Of a stretch of DNA of 64,000 nucleotides, positions 21,622 through 32,096 are shown piece by piece. A program made the translations under genes and the position numbers. The notes below the pieces were generated by a model. That model saw only the letters and a program-made list of their open reading frames with translations. It did not search any database and was not told the DNA's origin. Position 1 is the first letter of the stretch; each line of letters opens with the position of its first letter. Source of the DNA: an uncultured Pelagibacteraceae bacterium (GTDB lineage Bacteria; Pseudomonadota; Alphaproteobacteria; Pelagibacterales; Pelagibacteraceae); contig CACDLE010000001.1 in the NCBI GenBank assembly GCA_902553555.1, positions 96,965-160,964 on the forward strand, read 5' to 3'.

Positions 21622-22221
21622 GTGATTCGTAAAACAAAATTTTATTTATTAATTTTATTATTCCTAGTTACTGCCTGCTCTTCTATTCCAAAAAATACTC
21701 AAAATAGCTGTGCAATCTTTGAAGAAAGGTATCTCTGGTACAAACATGCTAAAACTTCTTATGAGAAATGGGGAGCACCCATTCATCTTCAACTAGCTTT
21801 TGTAAAAAAAGAGAGTGATTTCAATTGGTTAGCTAAACCGCCTAGGACAAAATTATTCAAAGTCATTCCTTTCAAAAGACCTTCAAGTTCATTTGGATAC
21901 TCTCAAGCAGTAGAGGGAACTTGGAGACAATATAAAAAAGAAACTAACAATCCATTAGCAACGCGTGCTCGTTTTAAAGACTCGGTTGATTTTATAGGAT
22001 GGTATATTAATAAAACTTCCAAGATATTAAAAATTTCTAAGAAAGACGCTTATAGACAGTATCTAGCTTATTATAAAGGTTGGGGTGACTACAAAAATTA
22101 TTCAAAAGATAAAAATGCTATAATATATGCTAAGTCTGTTAAAGATATGGCAAATAAATATAGAAAACAACTTACTCTTTGTAAAAAAAATCTAGACAAA
22201 AATAAATATATTATTTTTTAA
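21622..22221 (+). CDS. Lipoprotein with SLT-like transglycosylase domain
   Basis: Lipobox VTAC; KESDF, SSSFGYSQA, YLAYYKG. Confidence 0.75.
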   Translation: MIRKTKFYLLILLFLVTACSSIPKNTQNSCAIFEERYLWYKHAKTSYEKWGAPIHLQLAFVKKESDFNWLAKPPRTKLFKVIPFKRPSSSFGYSQAVEGTWRQYKKETNNPLATRARFKDSVDFIGWYINKTSKILKISKKDAYRQYLAYYKGWGDYKNYSKDKNAIIYAKSVKDMANKYRKQLTLCKKNLDKNKYIIF

Positions 22222-25200
22222 GTTGTTTATTTAACTCAATCTCTACAGCATCAATTCTTTGAGTATTTTTTCCAATGATAGAATAGATGGTTGGAATAAC
22301 ATACAAAGTAAAAAATGTTGAAAACAACATTCCTCCGAATATTGTAATTCCAACTGTTAATCTGCTAGCAGCTCCTGGTCCTGATCCAAGAATTAAAGGC
22401 AGTACCCCAATTATTGTGGAAAGACTTGTCATTAAGATTGGTCGAAATCTAATTGATGCAGCTTCTATAATTGATTGCTCCAAATTTTTTCCTTCTTTTC
22501 TCAATTGATTTGCAAACTCTACAATCAAAATCCCATTTTTTGCAGATAAACCTATTAATATTATTAAAGCTATTTGACTATAGATATTTAAAGAGGAACC
22601 TACTACCAATATACCTAACAATCCTCCTAGAATTGCTAAGGGAACTGTAAGCATAATAGTTAGAGGATGTCTCCAACTTTCAAATTGAGCACACATAGCT
22701 AAATATGCAGTGACCAATGCTAAAACAAAAATAACATATAATTCAGTGTTGGTCTTTTTGTATTCTTCGCTCTCACCTTTGTAAGCTATCCGAGCTTCAG
22801 GAGTATTATTTTCGACAACTTTTACCAAAAAATTCAAAGCCTCATCCAATGAGTAATCACCAACTAATCTAGCTGAAATAGTTACCGCCTTTTGTCTGTT
22901 ATATCTTGATAAGAAAGGAGACTGACCTTCTTCATTGTATTTTATAAGATTTGCTACTGATACTAATTTCCCGTTATTGTTTGACCTAACAAAAACTTTA
23001 CTAATACTATCAGGCTCTTGTCTATCTTTAATGTCTCCTTGTAGAATAATGGAATATTCTTTACCCTCTCTTGTAAAATTTGTAACTCTTTTAGAGCCAA
23101 AAATAGTTTCTATCGTTCTACCTATATCCTCCGTTGACACACCCAAATCAGCAGCTTTTTTTTGATCAATTTGGACATTAAGTTGAGGCTTATTTAAATC
23201 AAAATCATCTTGGATTGATGTTAATCCTGTGTTTTTTCTAGCCTCTTTTTTTATAATGTTTTTCCACTCTATGAGTTGATCATAAGTATTTCCTAAAATC
23301 ACAAATTGAACTGGACTTTCAACACCTCCCGTTCTTATTCCTTGAGGCATTATTGGAAACGCTAAAACTCCTGGAACTTTTGAAATTTTTCCAAAAGACT
23401 CTCTCATTATCTTAACTCCATGACGATCTCTTTCACTCCATGGTTCCAAAAGAACTATTATGAAACCACTGTTTACCTGTTTTGCTGATTTTCCGAATCC
23501 TGGCACCCGCAATATTAATTTCCTGTATTCTCCGTCACCAACGCTAGGTAATAGAAGATTCTCAATATCTTCTGCTTTAGATTTTGTAAAATTGAACCCT
23601 GAACCTTGAGGGGCTTTCACTATTACAAAAAATGCGCCTCTATCCTCTGGAGCAATTAATTCTTTTGGAGTGTAATTAAATAAAAAAATAGTAAGAGACA
23701 GTACAATTCCCAAAAAAGAAATTATTATTTTTCTTTTTCTTATCCAATTTATTAAAGACTGTTTATAAACTGATGTTATATTTTTTAAAAATCTTTCGAA
23801 TTTAATGACAATTTTAGATTTATTCATACTTTTCTTTAAAACCTTACTGCCAATCATTGGGCTTAAAGATAGTGCTACAAAACTTGAGATAACTACAGCA
23901 GAGGCTAGAGTGATAGCTGTTTGAGTGAATAAAACACCAGTTATTCCTTTAATAAATATTAAAGGTACAAAGACTGCTACCAAAACCACTGTGGTAGCAA
24001 TTATTGCAAAAGATACTTGTTTCGCACCTTTATAAGCTGCTACAAGAGGTGTATCCCCTAGCTCTATTCTCCTTACAATATTCTCGAGCATTACTATTGC
24101 GTCATCAACAACGATACCAATAGCCAAAACTAATGCCATTAACGTAAAAAGATTTATAGAGAAATCAAAAAAGTATATCGATAAAAATGTTGATATTAAA
24201 GAAACTGGCAAGGCTATCAAGGGCACTACTAACGCTCTTATATTTCCAAGAAACAAATAAATAATTATTGTTACCAATATGAGTGCAATAAATAAAGTTT
24301 TATAAACTTCTTTTATTGCTGCTTTAATATAGTTACTTCTGTCAAAAGACACTTCTAAAGATGTTCCAGGAGGTAAGCTTGGCCTTACTTCATTTATTTT
24401 TTCTTTAATCCCATCCGCAACTTTAATAGTATTAGCATCTGATTGTTGGTAAATGCCAATACCAACAACTTGCTTACCATTACCTTTAAATAAAGTTCTT
24501 GTTGACTCTGCACCTAATTCAACTCTAGCTACATCAGAAAGAGTTATAATTGAGCCGTCACGTGCTCTTTTGAGAGGTAGTTTTTTATAGCTTTCTAAAT
24601 TATTATAAGCCTTGTCTAACTTTATTGTTAAATCTACATCTTTAGATTCGATTCTTCCTGCGGGGAATTCAACATTTTCTTTTCTTAAAACCGCTTCAAC
24701 TTCTTGTGTTGTTAAGTCTCTAGCTGCAAGAGCTATAGGATCTAACCAAACTCTTAAAGAAAGTTCTCTTTCACCTCCTAAACGAACTCTGCCAACACCC
24801 TCAACTGTAGAAAATAAATCTGTAAGATATCTATCTGCATAATCCGTTAATTCTAAATCTGTCATGGCATCTGAATTGAAAGAGAGCCACATGGTTGTCC
24901 TCATGCCAGCGCTTTGCTTAAATATCTCAGGTTGTTCTGCTCCATCAGGAAGATTATCCAAAACTCTAGAGACCGAACTTCTGACATCATTGGCAACATC
25001 ATCTAAATCTAAATTGTTCTCAAAAGTAAGAGTTATTCTTGAACTCTCATCTTCGCTGAAAGAGTCTATAGTTTCTAAACCAGGTGTTCCTCCTACAAAA
25101 TCTTCAATTTTTTGAGTTATTTGAGTATCTACAATTTCAGCTGAAGCGCCTTTATACTCAGTTTGTATAGTTACAACAGGTGGCTGAACATCAGGTAATT

Positions 25201-25306
25201 CATCAGTGGGAATTTCTTTGAAGGTGAACAATCCAAAAATAACCAATATAAGACTCATCACCGAAGCTACAACTGGTCTTTTTATAGATAAATCAGTTAA
25301 AAACAT
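22211..25306 (-). CDS. RND efflux permease (AcrB/AcrD/AcrF family)
   Basis: IKRPV, GIVVDDAIVMLEN, KNGILIVEFA, RFRPILMT; 1031 aa. Confidence 0.97.
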   Translation of the reverse strand: MFLTDLSIKRPVVASVMSLILVIFGLFTFKEIPTDELPDVQPPVVTIQTEYKGASAEIVDTQITQKIEDFVGGTPGLETIDSFSEDESSRITLTFENNLDLDDVANDVRSSVSRVLDNLPDGAEQPEIFKQSAGMRTTMWLSFNSDAMTDLELTDYADRYLTDLFSTVEGVGRVRLGGERELSLRVWLDPIALAARDLTTQEVEAVLRKENVEFPAGRIESKDVDLTIKLDKAYNNLESYKKLPLKRARDGSIITLSDVARVELGAESTRTLFKGNGKQVVGIGIYQQSDANTIKVADGIKEKINEVRPSLPPGTSLEVSFDRSNYIKAAIKEVYKTLFIALILVTIIIYLFLGNIRALVVPLIALPVSLISTFLSIYFFDFSINLFTLMALVLAIGIVVDDAIVMLENIVRRIELGDTPLVAAYKGAKQVSFAIIATTVVLVAVFVPLIFIKGITGVLFTQTAITLASAVVISSFVALSLSPMIGSKVLKKSMNKSKIVIKFERFLKNITSVYKQSLINWIRKRKIIISFLGIVLSLTIFLFNYTPKELIAPEDRGAFFVIVKAPQGSGFNFTKSKAEDIENLLLPSVGDGEYRKLILRVPGFGKSAKQVNSGFIIVLLEPWSERDRHGVKIMRESFGKISKVPGVLAFPIMPQGIRTGGVESPVQFVILGNTYDQLIEWKNIIKKEARKNTGLTSIQDDFDLNKPQLNVQIDQKKAADLGVSTEDIGRTIETIFGSKRVTNFTREGKEYSIILQGDIKDRQEPDSISKVFVRSNNNGKLVSVANLIKYNEEGQSPFLSRYNRQKAVTISARLVGDYSLDEALNFLVKVVENNTPEARIAYKGESEEYKKTNTELYVIFVLALVTAYLAMCAQFESWRHPLTIMLTVPLAILGGLLGILVVGSSLNIYSQIALIILIGLSAKNGILIVEFANQLRKEGKNLEQSIIEAASIRFRPILMTSLSTIIGVLPLILGSGPGAASRLTVGITIFGGMLFSTFFTLYVIPTIYSIIGKNTQRIDAVEIELNKQLKK

Positions 25307-25307
25307 T

Positions 25308-26180
25308 TTATTTGGTATTTAAAATTTTTACTTTCGCTTTATCTCTAACTTTTGATACTCCTTCAGAAATGACTAAATCCCCTTCATTAATGCCGGATAA
25401 AACAGAAATTTTTCCAAAATTTCTGTTTCCAGTTTTAATGATTCTTTTTTCAACAATGTTATTATTAACAATGTAAACAAAAGATGTGTTTCCCTGAATG
25501 GTAACTGCACTTTCAGGAACTCCAATTTGAACAACCTCATCATAAATTATTTTTACCGTCATTAATTGACCTGGTATTATTTCAAAATTTTTATTATTTA
25601 CTAAAATTCTTGCTAATATTGATCTAGTTGAAGGATCTATTCTAGAACTTGTTGATGAAACCTTGCCCTTAAAAATTTTTGTAGGAAAAGCTGAACTTGT
25701 AATTTCAGCTTTCAAACCTTGTTTTAGTATTCCTACGAAACTCTCAGGTATTTTGATATCAATTACAATTTTTTTTAAATCATCTAAGGTAATTATTAAA
25801 CTATCAGAGCCAAGAACTCCTTGAGCAATTTCTCTTTTACCAAGTTTGCCCTCGAAGTCAGCGACTATACTATTACTGTTTTTTAAAGCAGCAATTACTT
25901 CTCCTTTTTTTACAAACCTATTTTCTATTCTTAAGTTACCAGCAACATCCTCTTTTTTTATTCTGTAAGTTTTAGAATTTTGGGCTATTGCAGTTCCAAA
26001 TGTTTCAATACTTTTATAAAATCGTGATTGTTCGACCTGTTTTACAATTACACCTGGCGCAGGTCTCACACTGAATTTTTTTTTAAAATGCAAACCAATA
26101 AAATGCCTTGCGGTAATTACCACTATAATTGCAATTAAAAAAATTATTATAAAAGTTTTTATTTTAGTTGATGTTTTCAT
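25308..26180 (-). CDS. RND periplasmic adaptor (MFP), apparently lacking the alpha-hairpin
   Basis: N-terminal TM, VKKGEVI, IDPSTRS, IIPGQ, VPESAV, GINEGDLVI; start moved to ATG 26180. Confidence 0.88.
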   Translation of the reverse strand: MKTSTKIKTFIIIFLIAIIVVITARHFIGLHFKKKFSVRPAPGVIVKQVEQSRFYKSIETFGTAIAQNSKTYRIKKEDVAGNLRIENRFVKKGEVIAALKNSNSIVADFEGKLGKREIAQGVLGSDSLIITLDDLKKIVIDIKIPESFVGILKQGLKAEITSSAFPTKIFKGKVSSTSSRIDPSTRSILARILVNNKNFEIIPGQLMTVKIIYDEVVQIGVPESAVTIQGNTSFVYIVNNNIVEKRIIKTGNRNFGKISVLSGINEGDLVISEGVSKVRDKAKVKILNTK

Positions 26181-26181
26181 A

Positions 26182-26997
26182 TTATTTGAGTCCGTATTCA
26201 GCCCAAGAACCATCATAAATAATCGGCAATTTGTTATTCATAACAGCACTAGCTAGACCTAAGACACAGGCTGTTATACCACTTCCGCAGCTAAAAGCTA
26301 ATTTTTCGTTAAGATTAATGTCATGGCTTAAAAATACTTTCTTCAATTCATTTTTTTTCTTAAAAGTGTTGTTTTCTGAATTAATGACATTTAAATATGG
26401 AAGATTTTTTGAACCCTGAATATTTCCTTTTTTCAAATTCTTTCTTGGCTCATCAACTAAACCTTTAAATCTTTTTTCACCCCTAGCATCAACTAAGCAA
26501 AAATCTCTTTTTTTTATATTTTTTTTAATTTGTTCTAAATCTAGTATTAATCCTTTTTTTGTTGAGGCTGTATAATTTGTTTGCGTTAAATTTGTGCTAT
26601 CAGTAGTAAGCGGTCTTTTCTCCAAATTCCATTTTTTTAAACCACCATCTAAAACTGATACTAAATTTGTATTGTGTCCGAAATATAAGAATGTAAACCA
26701 ACACCTACTAGCACTTAATACGTCAGAATTATCATAAACTATTACATGATCATTATTTTGAATTCCAAGGTTAGAAACTATTTTTTCCCACTCACTTTTT
26801 GTTGGAAGCATGTGAGGAAGAGAAACATTTTGATTTGAGTTCTTATCTAAATCAAAAAAAATCGAATTTTCAATATGTCCATGCTCATATTCTTTAAGGG
26901 CATTTCTATTAGAATTGGGCAAATGCCATGTAGCATCAAGTATTTTTACTTTATCTATGTTCTCTGCTAGCCAATCAGTTGATTTTAAAGGGTTCAT
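26182..26997 (-). CDS. sseA: 3-mercaptopyruvate/thiosulfate sulfurtransferase
   Basis: HMLP, LDGG, DAR, CGSGITA, YDGSWAEY. Confidence 0.93.
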   Translation of the reverse strand: MNPLKSTDWLAENIDKVKILDATWHLPNSNRNALKEYEHGHIENSIFFDLDKNSNQNVSLPHMLPTKSEWEKIVSNLGIQNNDHVIVYDNSDVLSASRCWFTFLYFGHNTNLVSVLDGGLKKWNLEKRPLTTDSTNLTQTNYTASTKKGLILDLEQIKKNIKKRDFCLVDARGEKRFKGLVDEPRKNLKKGNIQGSKNLPYLNVINSENNTFKKKNELKKVFLSHDINLNEKLAFSCGSGITACVLGLASAVMNNKLPIIYDGSWAEYGLK

Positions 26998-27443
26998 CTT
27001 TGATTTTTTTCTATGTATTTTTGATGATATTCTTCCGCTTTACAATAGTTTTTAATTGGAGAAATATTAGTTTCAATTTTATTATTATAAATTTTATTAA
27101 ATTTATCTTTTATTTTAACTGCTAAATCTCTTTGCTCATCGTTTTCATAAAATATTTCACTTCTATACTGTGTACCAACGTCTGGAAATTGCATATCTTT
27201 TTGGGTTGGGTCATGTAATTTAAAAAATAGTTCTAAAATTTTTTCAATGGATATTATATTTGTATCAAATGATAATTTTATTACTTCTGCGTGACCCGTG
27301 TTTCCTTGGCAAACCTCTTCGTACGTTACTTTTGATTTATAACCTCCAGCATATCCCACTTCAGTTGCTAATATACCTTTAATATTTTTAAATTGCTCTT
27401 CTGGTTTCCAAAAACAGCCCATTCCAAAGTAAATTTTTTGCAT
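26994..27443 (-). CDS. msrA: Peptide methionine sulfoxide reductase A
   Basis: GCFW, GHAEV, HDPT, GTQYRS, AEEYHQKY. Confidence 0.96.
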   Translation of the reverse strand: MQKIYFGMGCFWKPEEQFKNIKGILATEVGYAGGYKSKVTYEEVCQGNTGHAEVIKLSFDTNIISIEKILELFFKLHDPTQKDMQFPDVGTQYRSEIFYENDEQRDLAVKIKDKFNKIYNNKIETNISPIKNYCKAEEYHQKYIEKNQR

Positions 27444-27482
27444 AAATAATTTTATATGTTATGAAGTAATGAGGATAATAAA

Positions 27483-28364
27483 TTGCTCACTAAAAATCAA
27501 ATAGGCGTATTGTACATGGTAGGAAGTGTTGTTTGCTTTTCTATAATGGATATCTGCGTAAAATGGCTTGATTATTATCCTGTCGGGCAGGTTTTATTTT
27601 TAAGATTTTTTATTGGTTTTATTCCTATTTTTTTCATAATACCAAAAGACAAATTATTAAATTTCTATAAAACATCAAGACCCGGTCTTCATGCGTTCCG
27701 CGCTTTTACTGGTGCAGCCGCAATCATTGCATTATTTATTGGATTAAGAGAATTACCTTTAGCGGACGTAGTTTCTCTAACATTTGGAGGACCAATATTT
27801 GTCACCGTTGCCTCAATTTTCTTTTTGTCTGAGAAAGTTGGAATAAAAAGATGGTCAGCAGTATTTTTAGGCTTTATTGGAATGTTGTTAATTGTTCAGC
27901 CAGCTTTTGTAGATTTAAATTTTTACTACATCACACCGATAATTTTTTGTATTTTCTTTGCTTGTGTAGCTATAAGCGTTAGATCTTTATCTAAAACTGA
28001 ACCAAATTACAGAATTGCATTTTACTTTACTTTTCTTTGCTCAATATTAGGTATAGCAACTATCTTTAAAGGAGATTGGGTTTTACCAACTAAAATAGAT
28101 TTAGTAATTTTTATTTTAATGGGTTTGTGTGGTAGCATTGCCAACTTATTGCTTACTCAAAGCTACAGATTAGCAGAGGCGTCCCTAGTAACTCCCATAA
28201 AATATCTAAGTTTAGTTTTTGCAATAGTGTTCGGCTTTTTAATTTGGAGTGAAATACCAAAATTGTTAACACTTTTTGGTGCTTTACTAGTCATAACTAG
28301 CTCCCTTATAATTTTCATGAGAGAAAACAAACTCAAAAAACAAATTATAAACCCAAGATCATGA
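27483..28364 (+). CDS. DMT/EamA family transporter
   Basis: About 10 hydrophobic helices; FLSEKVG..RW, EASLVTP. Confidence 0.9.
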   Translation: MLTKNQIGVLYMVGSVVCFSIMDICVKWLDYYPVGQVLFLRFFIGFIPIFFIIPKDKLLNFYKTSRPGLHAFRAFTGAAAIIALFIGLRELPLADVVSLTFGGPIFVTVASIFFLSEKVGIKRWSAVFLGFIGMLLIVQPAFVDLNFYYITPIIFCIFFACVAISVRSLSKTEPNYRIAFYFTFLCSILGIATIFKGDWVLPTKIDLVIFILMGLCGSIANLLLTQSYRLAEASLVTPIKYLSLVFAIVFGFLIWSEIPKLLTLFGALLVITSSLIIFMRENKLKKQIINPRS

Positions 28365-28987
28365 GTAAACCACCGAGGTACTGGACTAAAGCCAAAAAAA
28401 TACTATCTAAAAAAGACAAAGTAATGGCTAGACTCATTTTAAATTATAAAGATGGATCATTGATAACTAGAAATGATGTGTTTTTCTCATTATGTAAAAG
28501 CATAATTGGTCAACAAATAAGTGTAGCTGCAGCTAATTCGGTCTTTTTAAAATTTAAAAAAAAATGTAACGGAAAAATAAATCCTAAAACTGTTAATAAA
28601 TTATCTATATCAAGTCTAAAAAGTTGTGGGTTAAGCAGACAAAAAACTAAAGGAATTAAAGAATTAGCAAAAAAAACCTTAAATAAAGAATTTAACCCAA
28701 GATTAATCAAAAACATGAATGATGAAGAGGCTATAGAGTATTTATCAAAGCTAAGACAAATAGGTAGATGGTCAGCAGAAATGATATTATTATTTACATT
28801 TAATAGATCAAATATTTGGCCATTACAAGATATAGGTCTTCTTAGAGCAATATCAAACAACTACAAAAAAAAATATTTTCCACCGAAAACTTTTTTAAAT
28901 GAACTTTATAAAAGATTTAGTCCTTATTGTTCTGTTGCAACTTGGTACCTTTGGAGATCAATAGACGATGAACCAATACAGTATTAA
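28361..28987 (+). CDS. DNA-3-methyladenine glycosylase II (AlkA-like, HhH-GPD)
   Basis: IIGQQIS, GLSRQK, IGRWSAEM, WPLQDIG, ATWYLW. Confidence 0.9.
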   Translation: MSKPPRYWTKAKKILSKKDKVMARLILNYKDGSLITRNDVFFSLCKSIIGQQISVAAANSVFLKFKKKCNGKINPKTVNKLSISSLKSCGLSRQKTKGIKELAKKTLNKEFNPRLIKNMNDEEAIEYLSKLRQIGRWSAEMILLFTFNRSNIWPLQDIGLLRAISNNYKKKYFPPKTFLNELYKRFSPYCSVATWYLWRSIDDEPIQY

Positions 28988-29271
28988 GCACCCTCAATCG
29001 TTTGATGTTGTCTTACAGCGTAGCCTTTTAAAATCGAGTGAGCATCATGATATTCTTTTGAATTGTAAAAAGAATTCGCTTCATCATAAGATGGAAATTC
29101 TATTACAACGGTCCTGGGCGATTTTTCGCCCTCATTATTTATAGACTTTCCTCCTCGAATTAAAAATTTACCTTTATACTTTTCAACTGCTGCTCTAGCT
29201 TTAGCGGCATATTCTTTAAGCTTTTCCTCATTATCAATACTTTTATAAACACAAACTACATAACCTTTCAT
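28984..29271 (-). CDS. DUF1330-family protein
   Basis: GKFLIRGG, VVIEFPS, FYNSKEY; AGGAG RBS. Confidence 0.88.
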   Translation of the reverse strand: MKGYVVCVYKSIDNEEKLKEYAAKARAAVEKYKGKFLIRGGKSINNEGEKSPRTVVIEFPSYDEANSFYNSKEYHDAHSILKGYAVRQHQTIEGA

Positions 29272-29304
29272 TTACAACTCCTTAAAAATAAATTAATTTT
29301 TTCT

Positions 29305-29826
29305 ATGGCTAATAAACTAATCATAGATTGGAAAGAGTATAATCTAATAGTGGAGAAGCTTGCAATACAGATTCATGATAGTGGGTTCAAACCAGATATA
29401 CTTATAGGTATAATGAGAGGTGGTGCTCCAATAATAGATGTTTTAAGCAGAGTATTTAAGCTAAAGTGTGCCTATTTAGCCGTTGAGTCATATTCAGGTA
29501 AAAATATTGAGGATAAACAAGGAGAATTAGTTTTTTCTAGAGAACTTAGCTCGACAGTTCAAGACATGAGCGGAAACATTTTACTTTGCGATGATTTATC
29601 CGACACTGGAGTAACCTTGAATAGAAGTATAGATTGGTTAAAAAAATATCCACTCTTAAAAGGTAAAATTAAGTCAATTAAAACAGCCGTTTTGTGGAAA
29701 AAAGCGGACTCAACTTTTGAACCAGATTTTTGTGCACAAAGATTAAAAAACAGTCCGTGGATAGTCCAGCCATTTGAAAAGTACGAAGAAATAAGAATAG
29801 AAGATTTAAAAAAAAATCATACTTAA
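29305..29826 (+). CDS. Type I phosphoribosyltransferase (purine salvage, Gpt/Hpt-like)
   Basis: GIMRGG, LLCDDLSDTGVTL PRPP motif, WIVQPFE. Confidence 0.88.
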   Translation: MANKLIIDWKEYNLIVEKLAIQIHDSGFKPDILIGIMRGGAPIIDVLSRVFKLKCAYLAVESYSGKNIEDKQGELVFSRELSSTVQDMSGNILLCDDLSDTGVTLNRSIDWLKKYPLLKGKIKSIKTAVLWKKADSTFEPDFCAQRLKNSPWIVQPFEKYEEIRIEDLKKNHT

Positions 29827-29850
29827 AAGGGCCAGCTTAACTGGCCCTTT
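29826..29850. terminator. Bidirectional intrinsic terminator between convergent genes
   Basis: AAAGGGCCAG-cttaa-CTGGCCCTTT perfect 10-bp stem with A/T flanks. Confidence 0.85.
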
Positions 29851-29855
29851 ATATT

Positions 29856-31178
29856 TTAAGAATATATTGCTAAATTAATTCCACTTAGAACAGCAACAAC
29901 CCACATCGCAGGGGAAATACTTGAAAACTTTCCAGTGAAAATTTTTATTAATGCATAACCAACAAAAGCCAAAGCAATACCATTTGAAATAGAGTACGTT
30001 AATGGCATAGCCAGCATACAGATTATTGCTGGTGCTGTCTCAGATATATCTTTCCAATCAATATCAACAATATTTTTGACGAATAAAAGTGCAACAAAAA
30101 TTAGTGCTGCGCCGTCAACTTGTTTCGGAATCGCAAGAAATAGAGGTGATAAAAATATGCAGAATATAAACAACACTCCAACCACTAAGGGCACCATACC
30201 TGTACGCCCGCCTTCTTTGACACCTGCCCCAGACTCTACATATGATGTTACAGTCGATGTACCAACCATTGCTCCTGCAACTGTAGCGACGCTGTCTGCT
30301 AAAAGAGCTTTATCGATATCCTTTACTTTTCCTTTGTTGTCTGTTTTTCCTGCAACATTAGCAACAGATACCAAAGTACCCATTGAGTCGAATATATCCA
30401 CGAAAAACAAAGTAAAAACTACAGTCATCATACCCGCACTTAAAGCTTTTGAAAGATCAAAGGTCATAAAGTGTTTCATCTCTGGCAAACTTAGAGAGAA
30501 CACTCCTTGAAATGCAGAAAAGTTAGCATTTTGTGCCTCTGCTGGAATAAAAATCCATGAAGCAGCAGTCCAAAACACCATAGATATAATAATACTTCCT
30601 TTAACATTAAGTCTATCTAAAACAATCATGGTTACTAATGCAGCTAAACCAAATAAAACAAAAAGATCTTTTAGACTTCCTAATTTTATTAGGGTTGGAC
30701 TGTCATCATTAACTGATAATCCCATAATTTGAAATCCAATCACAGCTAGAAACATTCCAATTCCAGCCCCAATACCAAGTTTTAAACTTTTAGGAATTGA
30801 ATTAATAATCCAAGCTCGCAATGGTGTTACCGATGCAATCACAAACAATACGCCTGCAACAAATACAGCTCCTAGAGCTTCTGCTGGTGAATAGCCTAAT
30901 GCTCCACACACAACGAATCCTATGAAACCATTTAAACCCATACCGCTTGAAAGAGCCACAGGCCAGGATCGCGCCCAAAATGCCATGATACCACATCCAA
31001 TCGCGGTTGCGATAATCGTAGCTAAAAAAACCGAACCTTTGTCAAAACCTCCTGCACTTAAAATCATAGGATTTAATGCAAGGATGTAGGCCATGGTAAG
31101 AAAAGTCGCGGTTCCACCTCTAATTTCAGTTTTAAAATTAGTTTTATGTTCTCTATATTTAAAATATTTATCCATCAT
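29856..31178 (-). CDS. NCS2/AzgA-family purine permease
   Basis: TFLTMAYI, GMGLN, DIFDSMGTL, YVESGAGV..GGRTG, PLTYSI; AGGAGG RBS. Confidence 0.93.
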   Translation of the reverse strand: MMDKYFKYREHKTNFKTEIRGGTATFLTMAYILALNPMILSAGGFDKGSVFLATIIATAIGCGIMAFWARSWPVALSSGMGLNGFIGFVVCGALGYSPAEALGAVFVAGVLFVIASVTPLRAWIINSIPKSLKLGIGAGIGMFLAVIGFQIMGLSVNDDSPTLIKLGSLKDLFVLFGLAALVTMIVLDRLNVKGSIIISMVFWTAASWIFIPAEAQNANFSAFQGVFSLSLPEMKHFMTFDLSKALSAGMMTVVFTLFFVDIFDSMGTLVSVANVAGKTDNKGKVKDIDKALLADSVATVAGAMVGTSTVTSYVESGAGVKEGGRTGMVPLVVGVLFIFCIFLSPLFLAIPKQVDGAALIFVALLFVKNIVDIDWKDISETAPAIICMLAMPLTYSISNGIALAFVGYALIKIFTGKFSSISPAMWVVAVLSGINLAIYS

Positions 31179-31309
31179 ATGAAAATTCCTCCTGATAGTG
31201 TAATTACAATGATTCTTTGTATAAATCCCTGAAAATGTATCATAAATTAAAAATTACAACCTATGAGAAATATTTCTGTTTATAAAATTGATGTATATTC
31301 TACACTTGG

Positions 31310-31615
31310 TTGAAAATGAAAATTGTTTTTATATTAATTTTTTTATTTTTAAGTTTAGCTTCGTGCCAAACGGTTACAAAAAAGATTGATGAAAAAGTTT
31401 CAGAAGAAGAGGCTCAACTAAGCCAATGGTTAAATAGGTCTGAAGAGGCATTAAAAATAGAATTTGGTAAACCAGATAAGATTGATTTTAAAAATAATTC
31501 AAGAAATAGGTTTTATATTTATACAAAAGAAAAGTTAAAGATAAAATGCGAGAGAATTTTTGAAATCAGCCCAGAAAATAAAGTGGTAGGTTTTACAAGC
31601 AAAAACTGTTTTTAA
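31310..31615 (+). CDS. Hypothetical lipoprotein
   Basis: Hydrophobic N-terminus with LASC lipobox; FGKPD SmpA-like motif. Confidence 0.75.
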   Translation: MKMKIVFILIFLFLSLASCQTVTKKIDEKVSEEEAQLSQWLNRSEEALKIEFGKPDKIDFKNNSRNRFYIYTKEKLKIKCERIFEISPENKVVGFTSKNCF

Positions 31616-32052
31616 TGACAGGATTTATTAAATTTTTTAAGCCTCCAATAATTATAAGGCCAAGGTGTTAAAAACCCTACCATCAGCATTATAGGAATAA
31701 CCCACCATACTAGTTTTGCAGAACCTACAATTAGGTAGTCTGTCAAGTTCATCGCCACTTCCATAGAAACCATGCTGATAAGTGACATCCCACAAGCGAT
31801 TTTAAATGCTTCTATTAATTTAAATTTTTGCCTAAATAAAATTATAGTCTCAAGAATGATAGAAGTTATTATTCCATTAATTATAGCTATTAGCATTACT
31901 AAAAAAACTGATAACGAGTGAGGAGTTATCTGGAAATAATAAATAGTTCCAAAGTCACCTATAGAACATCCAATGAGACACCATAAAGTATTATACGCAC
32001 TTTTGGACCAAGTAGTTTTACAAAACCAATCAAATTTTCTAGTTATTTCCAT
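31612..32052 (-). CDS. DUF4396-family membrane protein
   Basis: TLWCLIGCSIGD, MSLISMVSME, PWPYNYWRL. Confidence 0.8.
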   Translation of the reverse strand: MEITRKFDWFCKTTWSKSAYNTLWCLIGCSIGDFGTIYYFQITPHSLSVFLVMLIAIINGIITSIILETIILFRQKFKLIEAFKIACGMSLISMVSMEVAMNLTDYLIVGSAKLVWWVIPIMLMVGFLTPWPYNYWRLKKFNKSCH

Positions 32053-32061
32053 ATTTCAAGT

Positions 32062-32089
32062 TTACTTGCGGAGCAATCTCCGCAAGTAA
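32062..32089 (-). terminator. Strong hairpin 3' of hsp20 (terminator or stability element)
   Basis: TTACTTGCGGAG-caat-CTCCGCAAGTAA perfect 12-bp stem; no clear U tract. Confidence 0.6.
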
Positions 32090-32096
32090 GGTAAAC

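Noticed and set aside
31179-31309. Purine riboswitch upstream of the NCS2 permease; AGAAATATTTCT palindrome at 31266-31277
   Set aside because: No three-way junction or purine-aptamer consensus; the AT-rich palindrome is plausible by chance
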